This document shows, piece by piece, positions 58,259 through 64,000 of a stretch of DNA of 64,000 nt (within the stretch, counting starts at the first letter, position 1; each line of letters begins with the position of its first letter). The notes under the pieces are model-generated. The model had not been told where the DNA came from, did no database searches, and saw only the letters and a program-made list of their open reading frames with translations. This stretch comes from Gemmatimonadaceae bacterium (GTDB taxonomy: Bacteria > Gemmatimonadota > Gemmatimonadetes > Gemmatimonadales > Gemmatimonadaceae), in contig JBOHTB010000013.1 of NCBI GenBank assembly GCA_050733435.1, positions 3,168 to 67,167 of the forward strand, in the 5' to 3' direction. The position numbers were made by a program, and so were the translations under genes.

Positions 58259-59617
58259 CTAGCGCGATAGCGCCCTGGGTCTGCCGCGCGCGCGCTTCTG
58301 CTCGTAAAGAGCGGTATCCGCGCGTCCGAGAAGCTCGCTAAGCACCGCTCCCTCCGCACGGGCGCGAGTGGCGCCGACGCTGAGTGAGAGCTGGTACTTA
58401 CGCGAAGTCTCACGATTGTGTCGCTCCACGCGCGCCGCGATGCGATCGCACACCAGCTCGGCCGTCTGGTCTGAATCGACCGTCATGAGCGCGACGAACT
58501 CATCGCCGCCGAGCCGCGCGATGATGTCTGCCTCGCGACAGCTTTCGCGAAGCACTCGCGCAGTGTCGATGAGTGCCCGGTCGCCCTCGAGGTGACCGAA
58601 AGTGTCGTTGATCTGCTTGAGATGATCGACGTCGAGGAAGATCACGAGGACGTCGCGTTCCATTCGCGTCGCGAGCTTGAGAGCCTGCTCTGAGAGCGAC
58701 ATGAATTCACGCCGATTCGGCAATCCAGTCAGCTCGTCCTTCAGCAAGAGCTCCTTGAGGTCATCCTGGGCTTTCATGCGCGCGGAGATGTCGTGGTACA
58801 TGGCGTACACCTTTCCGGGTTCGTCGCGCACGCGAAACGGAGTCGCCACGATCGAGACCCAGAATTGATGACCATCCTTGTGGCGGCGAATGGACTCGGT
58901 GCGAATGTTCTCCCCGGCAGCTGCCTTCGCTGTCAGGCGCTCGCCTTCGTCAACCAGCTCCCGCGGCACGATGAGATCGTTGATGCACCTGCCGACGGCC
59001 TCAGCATCGCCGTAGCCGAAGAGGCTCTTGAACTGGCCGTTGATGCGGGTGATGCGGTCGTGCTCGTCGAGAATCGCAATCGCTTCTGGCGCGCTCTCGA
59101 AGAGAGCCGCGAAGTAGACGTTCTGCTGGTGAATTGCCTCGTCGAGGTGCTTTCGATCGGTGACGTCGATTGCAATCCCGACCGTTCCCGAGATATGTCC
59201 GTCAGCGCTACGCAGCGGCTCGACGCGCGTCTCGAAAAAGCGGCCGCGCCATTCGACCTCGTACCGTACGAGCTCGCCTTGCAGCGCACGCAAATGAGCG
59301 GCGAGTGGTGTGAATCCCGGGTCCCGGGTTTTCAATACCTCGTACAGCGTCATCCCGACTTCGTTGCCGCGCTCGCCCATTAGACTGAGCCCCGCGCCTT
59401 GCGAGAAGGTGATGTTCAGACGGGAGTCCGTTGACCACAAATTGACGGGAACCGACTCGAGCATGAAGCTGAGGCGGCGTTCGGTTTCCGAACCGTTGTG
59501 GGATGCGGGGTTGTCGGCGCTAATCGGCGACTGTAGAGGCCTGAGCCTCCGCAGAGCTCTCTGCAGCAGGCCGCCAATTGGCCGAAAGGGGCGGGCAACG
59601 TCGAAAGAGGGCGTCAC
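58259..59617 (-). CDS. PAS-PAS-GGDEF diguanylate cyclase
   Basis: DELTGLPNRR, NDTFGH, RxxD I-site (READ), RLGGDEF; start uncertain. Confidence 0.92.
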   Translation of the reverse strand: MTPSFDVARPFRPIGGLLQRALRRLRPLQSPISADNPASHNGSETERRLSFMLESVPVNLWSTDSRLNITFSQGAGLSLMGERGNEVGMTLYEVLKTRDPGFTPLAAHLRALQGELVRYEVEWRGRFFETRVEPLRSADGHISGTVGIAIDVTDRKHLDEAIHQQNVYFAALFESAPEAIAILDEHDRITRINGQFKSLFGYGDAEAVGRCINDLIVPRELVDEGERLTAKAAAGENIRTESIRRHKDGHQFWVSIVATPFRVRDEPGKVYAMYHDISARMKAQDDLKELLLKDELTGLPNRREFMSLSEQALKLATRMERDVLVIFLDVDHLKQINDTFGHLEGDRALIDTARVLRESCREADIIARLGGDEFVALMTVDSDQTAELVCDRIAARVERHNRETSRKYQLSLSVGATRARAEGAVLSELLGRADTALYEQKRARGRPRALSR

Positions 59618-59736
59618 TTGCCCTCCAGTTTCTCACCGAGAACCGTCGCACGCAATGATTTTCGCGCGCGACGCGTACTTGCGGCCGCCCGGCTGAGTCT
59701 ACGCCGGGTTAAGGCTTGACTGCGACTGATTCCGCT

Positions 59737-60168
59737 TCAGGTCGTCCCGCAGGCCTGAGTGACTCTTCCCGCAGCCCGCGGCATGTAGATGGCGAGCGCG
59801 GTCGCCTTCTGAGTCGCGGAGTTTGCCCCGATCGCTTCTCCCAGAATCTTCACGGCCGACTTGGCTTGAGTCACCGGGTTCACGATCACCGCGTTGGCTC
59901 CGACTTTCGCGGCACCGTTGCGGATCTGGGTCTGAAGCTGATTGTCCGTGGTCCAGACGGAATTGCCTTCGGCCTGGATCCAGGCCAGCTCGTAGTAATC
60001 GTACGGCACGTCCGCGCGACTGTTGTAGACAGCTATCGCGGCGGCGCAGGTTGGTGGACGATTGAAATTGGGGTTGAGGTCGGTTGTGGTCTTCTTCACG
60101 CCGGCACACGCGGAGGTCGCCACGAGCGCCGCGGCGACCGCGACTGCCTTGAATGAGATGTTGGTCAT
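59737..60168 (-). CDS. Hypothetical lipoprotein
   Basis: TSAC lipobox-like sequence, SD GGGAG. Confidence 0.7.
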   Translation of the reverse strand: MTNISFKAVAVAAALVATSACAGVKKTTTDLNPNFNRPPTCAAAIAVYNSRADVPYDYYELAWIQAEGNSVWTTDNQLQTQIRNGAAKVGANAVIVNPVTQAKSAVKILGEAIGANSATQKATALAIYMPRAAGRVTQACGTT

Positions 60169-60255
60169 ACGTTTTCTCCCTGCGATTGCTGGGTGGTGCC
60201 CGTCTCGTCAATCGGGCGCCACGCATTTTTGCAAGTGAGGGGCCGTGCGTGCCGT

Positions 60256-61449
60256 TTACAGCCCGGTTACTCGGCGGGAAAACTCGCGAGTGTCGCGAGC
60301 GACGCGGTCCCAGTTGTAGTAAGTCTCGACCAGAGATCGCGCGTTCGCCCCGAACGTCGCGCGCTTTGCGGGGTCGCTCAGAAAATTTCTTATCGCGGAC
60401 GCCACTGCTCGCACATTGGTGGGTTCGACGATGCTTCCTGTAACACCCTCTCGCACGGCAGATCGAACCCCTCCCGAATCACCGGCAACGCATGGAAGTC
60501 CTGAGGCTGCCGCCTCGAGAAACGAAATCCCAAATCCCTCGGCGTAAATCACATCTTCGACGCGCGAAAGCCCGACGTAGACTGTAGAGGTCGCATACGC
60601 TTCAGCCACTGCCTCATCCGTTAGCGCTCCGGCAAAAATCACTTTGTCAGTGACTCCAAGCTCCTCTGCCAGGCCGCGAAGTCGTGTCTCGTCCGGCCCA
60701 ACGCCAACGATGACGTAGCGCAGTGATGGCAATTCCTCGTGGAGCGCCGCCAACGCTCTGATAGCGACGTCCTGACCTTTGTGCGGAATAAGGCGCGCGA
60801 CTGTAATGAGTAGCGGCGCATCACCGATTCCCCAGGTCGCGCGAAGCCGCCCGGTGTTCTTTGCGGGACTGAAAAAGACCGGATCGGTTCCAAGATCGAA
60901 AACACCGATCGGCGGAGCTGCTCGAATCTGGAGCTGCTCGAAGAGCTCGGAAGCAAGATGACCAACCCACTCCGACGTCGCCACGATTCCGCTGGCCGCG
61001 CCGAGGATGTGGCGCGCGCCGAACTTTTTTCTGGGGTTATCCAGTGTCTGCTGCTCGCGCAGGAGATCGGAGCCGTTCACATAGAGGAGGAACGGAGTGC
61101 GCCGCCGCAAGTGCGCCAGAGTCACGGCATACCCGACGGGGCGAATATTTCCGCAGTGAATTACTCCGACGCTTCGCCGCTCCGGAGAAAGCAGCCACCT
61201 GGCCCAGCGCACCTGGTTCGTGAATCGCTTCGCTTCGGAGAAATGGAAAGGCTGTCTGTGGATCTCGTACGGCTCGCCGGCGTCGAATGCGCGCGCGACG
61301 TCCGATCTGACGGTGGAAACTTCTATGCTCGTCCGCTCATCGGACAACCGCCGGCAAAGCTCCACGTGCCTCCGGGCCATGCCGCCCAGATCCGGCGGAT
61401 AATCCTGCGTCGCGAACAGATGCCTGACGCGAGCTCCGCCGGCATTCAC
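60256..61449 (-). CDS. GT4-family glycosyltransferase
   Basis: YPPDLGG, ARLIPHKG, EGFGISFLEA; GTG start overlaps the upstream TGA. Confidence 0.9.
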   Translation of the reverse strand: MNAGGARVRHLFATQDYPPDLGGMARRHVELCRRLSDERTSIEVSTVRSDVARAFDAGEPYEIHRQPFHFSEAKRFTNQVRWARWLLSPERRSVGVIHCGNIRPVGYAVTLAHLRRRTPFLLYVNGSDLLREQQTLDNPRKKFGARHILGAASGIVATSEWVGHLASELFEQLQIRAAPPIGVFDLGTDPVFFSPAKNTGRLRATWGIGDAPLLITVARLIPHKGQDVAIRALAALHEELPSLRYVIVGVGPDETRLRGLAEELGVTDKVIFAGALTDEAVAEAYATSTVYVGLSRVEDVIYAEGFGISFLEAAASGLPCVAGDSGGVRSAVREGVTGSIVEPTNVRAVASAIRNFLSDPAKRATFGANARSLVETYYNWDRVARDTREFSRRVTGL

Positions 61450-62237
61450 GCAGGTTTTCTTGCGACTGCTATGATGCTGCGCGATGTGAGCATGTTGAGC
61501 GACCACATCTCGTGCAGAAAAGTCGAGTTCTCAGCGACGACATCGGGTTTGCGCGAGTTGAGCCGCCGGCGCAGGAGCGAGTTCCCAATCAGAATCGGCA
61601 GGCCCCAAGCCAGCAGCAGAAATCGCGCGGATGTCTTGAATCGATCGTACTCCACCGAGACCGGGGAAAAGCCGGCGCGAGTCAACTGGTACGCGAGGTA
61701 GTAGTACGAGACGGGATTGATGTGTCCCGAAGTGTGACGCGGATCCGTGCTCGAGAGGAGCAGGGGATCGAACAACACAGCGAAACCCGAGTGCAGGTTT
61801 CGCCAGCGGGAGTTGACGTTGAGCACGTTCGGCGTGCTCAGGAATGCGAGTCCTCCCGGCTTGAGTATGCGAAACAGCTCGCGGGCAAACGCGAATTGAT
61901 CTTCGACGTGCTCGACGACCTCGAGGCTGCACGCAACGTCGATGGATGAATCGTCGTACGGCAGACGCCCGTCCGGGGAGATCTTCCTGCACTCGACCGC
62001 GGCATAAAGAAAATATTCAGGAAAGATGTCGCAGGCCGAGATTATCCCGGACGGCTCGAGGCCGGAAACGGCTTGCAGTTGTTGCCCGAGTTGCTGCGAG
62101 AAAAATCCTTCGCCCGCGCCGATGTCTGCCACCCTCGTGCCTTTTCGGACGAGAGGCCGCACGAGCTGGAGAACTTTCTCATTGGTGCTGCGGTGCGAGA
62201 TCGGACGTATTGCCGTTCCGTCAGTGACCGCGGTCAT
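61446..62237 (-). CDS. Class I SAM-dependent methyltransferase
   Basis: ADIGAGEG, EVVEHV, RILKPGG, STPN. Confidence 0.9.
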   Translation of the reverse strand: MTAVTDGTAIRPISHRSTNEKVLQLVRPLVRKGTRVADIGAGEGFFSQQLGQQLQAVSGLEPSGIISACDIFPEYFLYAAVECRKISPDGRLPYDDSSIDVACSLEVVEHVEDQFAFARELFRILKPGGLAFLSTPNVLNVNSRWRNLHSGFAVLFDPLLLSSTDPRHTSGHINPVSYYYLAYQLTRAGFSPVSVEYDRFKTSARFLLLAWGLPILIGNSLLRRRLNSRKPDVVAENSTFLHEMWSLNMLTSRSIIAVARKPA

Positions 62238-62603
62238 TCAAGTCCTGGCGCGTTTGCGCGCAGCCTCGATTGTCGCCGCGGTTTGCGTGGGGTCTTCGAC
62301 CTCTATGACGAGACGCTTGTACGTCTCATGGTCCAGCTCAACGACAATAGTATGGTCGGGATTGTGAACGTCGAAGAACACTGCGCCGCCGCTCTGTATA
62401 AACGTTCCGGCAGTAAGGAGCCCGGGAATGTTGGTGCCGGGTAACCTGAGTCCGTGCCACCAGCCGCGGGCAGCTTCCGGGTCGACACGCGCTTCCCTTA
62501 TATGCGCGACAGGAATCTCGAGCTGGCTCTTCAGTGCCCAGAGCTTATCCCATCCCTCTACTTCGAACCGCACGCGGTCCCCGATGACCGATACGTTTAC
62601 CAT
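62238..62603 (-). CDS. Hypothetical protein (possible bacterial PH-like fold)
   Basis: ORF abutting the methyltransferase; LRLPGTNIPG..AGTF. Confidence 0.65.
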   Translation of the reverse strand: MVNVSVIGDRVRFEVEGWDKLWALKSQLEIPVAHIREARVDPEAARGWWHGLRLPGTNIPGLLTAGTFIQSGGAVFFDVHNPDHTIVVELDHETYKRLVIEVEDPTQTAATIEAARKRART

Positions 62604-62812
62604 GCTGGCATAATCTGCGTACGGCCGCGCTTCCGCGGCACCCCTCGTGGCTTGTGGGGTATAAAAAGGGGCGCCGAAAGAGCGAAAATTTTCCTTTTCC
62701 CTTCGTGCGAAAAATACGATATTGTAGTGCGTCAATCTGAAAGCTCGCTCAGGAATGGTCTAGTCCACTCCTGCCGATCGACACATCTGTAAGCCTCCAA
62801 GAGCCGAAGCAC

Positions 62813-63631
62813 ATGAGAGACCGAATACAATTCCGTAAATATCTCACGACGGGCATCGCCGGCGCGGCCGCGCTGATTTTCGCGGCCGCGGAGCTGGTGC
62901 ATGGCGCGAGCAAGACGGGTCCGGTACTGTCAGCGGCGACGCGAATCGTGGCCGCTGCACCCTCCTCACCAGCGCCCGCCAAGCCCGTTTCGACCCTCTC
63001 GGCAAAAATCCAGAGCGCGCTGCATGCATTGAGCTCGGCCGTCGGACCATTGAGCAACCCGCAAGCGCTCCCGAAAGCATTCGGCAGCTACTTCGCCTAT
63101 CTCGCACAGCATCCCGGCGACGTCAAAAAGCCTCTTCTCTACTTTGTTGATTACGGGCTGCCCAGCACCGAACCGCGCGGATACCTGTTCGACATGCGCG
63201 CGCTAACGATCGTCGAAGGTCCATTTACAGTTGCACACGGGCGTGGATCGTCGAGGAGTCAGTACGGCGTTCCCACCAGGTTCTCGAATGCGCCGGGCAG
63301 TGCAGCCACCTCGCTCGGTCTCTATCTCGCGGAGAACACCTACGCTTTCCACGGAAAGACCGGCGGGCATTCCTACAGCTCGATCGGGCTTCGACTGAAG
63401 GGTCTTTCGGGCGATTACAACGACAACGCCTTTGCGCGCGGCGTGGTCGCGCACGGCGCGCCTTACGTCACCGCGACGAAGGCGGGCAGGAGCGAAGGTT
63501 GTCCGGCGATGGAGCCGCAGCGGGCCAAGCGGGTTCTCCCTGAGCTCGCGAACGGAGGGATGGTATTTCTGTTCGGGCTCGACAAGGACTGGATGGCGGC
63601 CGATCCCTTCGAGGCCAATAGCGCCGACTGA
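62813..63631 (+). CDS. Murein L,D-transpeptidase catalytic-domain protein
   Basis: VAHGRGS, TSLGLY, VAHGA...GRSEGC (His...Cys). Confidence 0.85.
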   Translation: MRDRIQFRKYLTTGIAGAAALIFAAAELVHGASKTGPVLSAATRIVAAAPSSPAPAKPVSTLSAKIQSALHALSSAVGPLSNPQALPKAFGSYFAYLAQHPGDVKKPLLYFVDYGLPSTEPRGYLFDMRALTIVEGPFTVAHGRGSSRSQYGVPTRFSNAPGSAATSLGLYLAENTYAFHGKTGGHSYSSIGLRLKGLSGDYNDNAFARGVVAHGAPYVTATKAGRSEGCPAMEPQRAKRVLPELANGGMVFLFGLDKDWMAADPFEANSAD

Positions 63632-63634
63632 GCT

Positions 63635-64000
63635 TCAGCTCCGCTCGACCCCGACTGCGTCGGCCGAATTCGCGGCGACCGAACGGTGTTTCACCCGTTG
63701 CCTCACAACGTTCAGATCTCTCACGGGACGCACTTCCACGCATCCCGAGTGCACCCACGGAAATTCGGCGGCGATGCGGACGGCTTCGTCCATGTCCGGC
63801 GCTTCGATGAGGTTGAATCCGCCCAGCACCTCCTTCGATTCGGCGAACGGGCCGTCGATGGTCGTTTGACGTCCCTTGCGGACTCGAACCGATCGGGCAG
63901 TGGACGGATCCTCCAGCTGCTGCGAGTCGAGCAAATATCCTTCGTGGCGAAGCTCGTCGGCGTGCGTGAGGCAGTCGCGCATCTGCGAGTCGAATTCCGT
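63635..64000 (-). CDS. YciI-family protein (start lies beyond the window)
   Basis: DGPFAESKEVLGGF...VEVRP; frame stays open to the window edge. Confidence 0.85.
   Translation of the reverse strand, partial: TEFDSQMRDCLTHADELRHEGYLLDSQQLEDPSTARSVRVRKGRQTTIDGPFAESKEVLGGFNLIEAPDMDEAVRIAAEFPWVHSGCVEVRPVRDLNVVRQRVKHRSVAANSADAVGVERS

Noticed and set aside
62610..62812. c-di-GMP or c-di-AMP riboswitch upstream of the L,D-transpeptidase
   Set aside because: Only short hairpins are present, and I could not find consensus riboswitch motifs.

Overview
This GC-rich bacterial chromosomal segment is probably from Gemmatimonadota, inferred from gene content rather than a database match. It is mostly housekeeping and signalling genes: partial lon, ffh-rpsP-rimM-trmD-rplS-rnhB-purEK, an ECF sigma/anti-sigma/2x DUF4097 operon, a TonB receptor, histidine kinases, tRNA-Lys followed by a phosphofructokinase, a HEAT-like/HD-GYP/type IV pilin cluster, an orphan BcsA-like synthase with two PilZ domains, copA-csoR, gntR-SPFH, holB, uppS, a mycobacterial-Sdh1-like sdh operon, a PAS-GGDEF protein and cell-envelope enzymes. 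I found no integrase, transposase or CRISPR array. The most unusual element is a ~640-nt non-coding, imperfect fold-back (51341-51980) just after uppS, which pairs almost end to end and shows a G-U bias on the + strand. Other notable signals are a CTG-initiated PPi-type Pfk directly behind the tRNA, a shared uncharacterised N-terminal domain in the HEAT-like/HD-GYP pair, many apparently leaderless genes, G-quadruplex-like heptamer repeats and a structured rpsP leader. All calls come from reading motifs by eye; no searches or folding programs were run.
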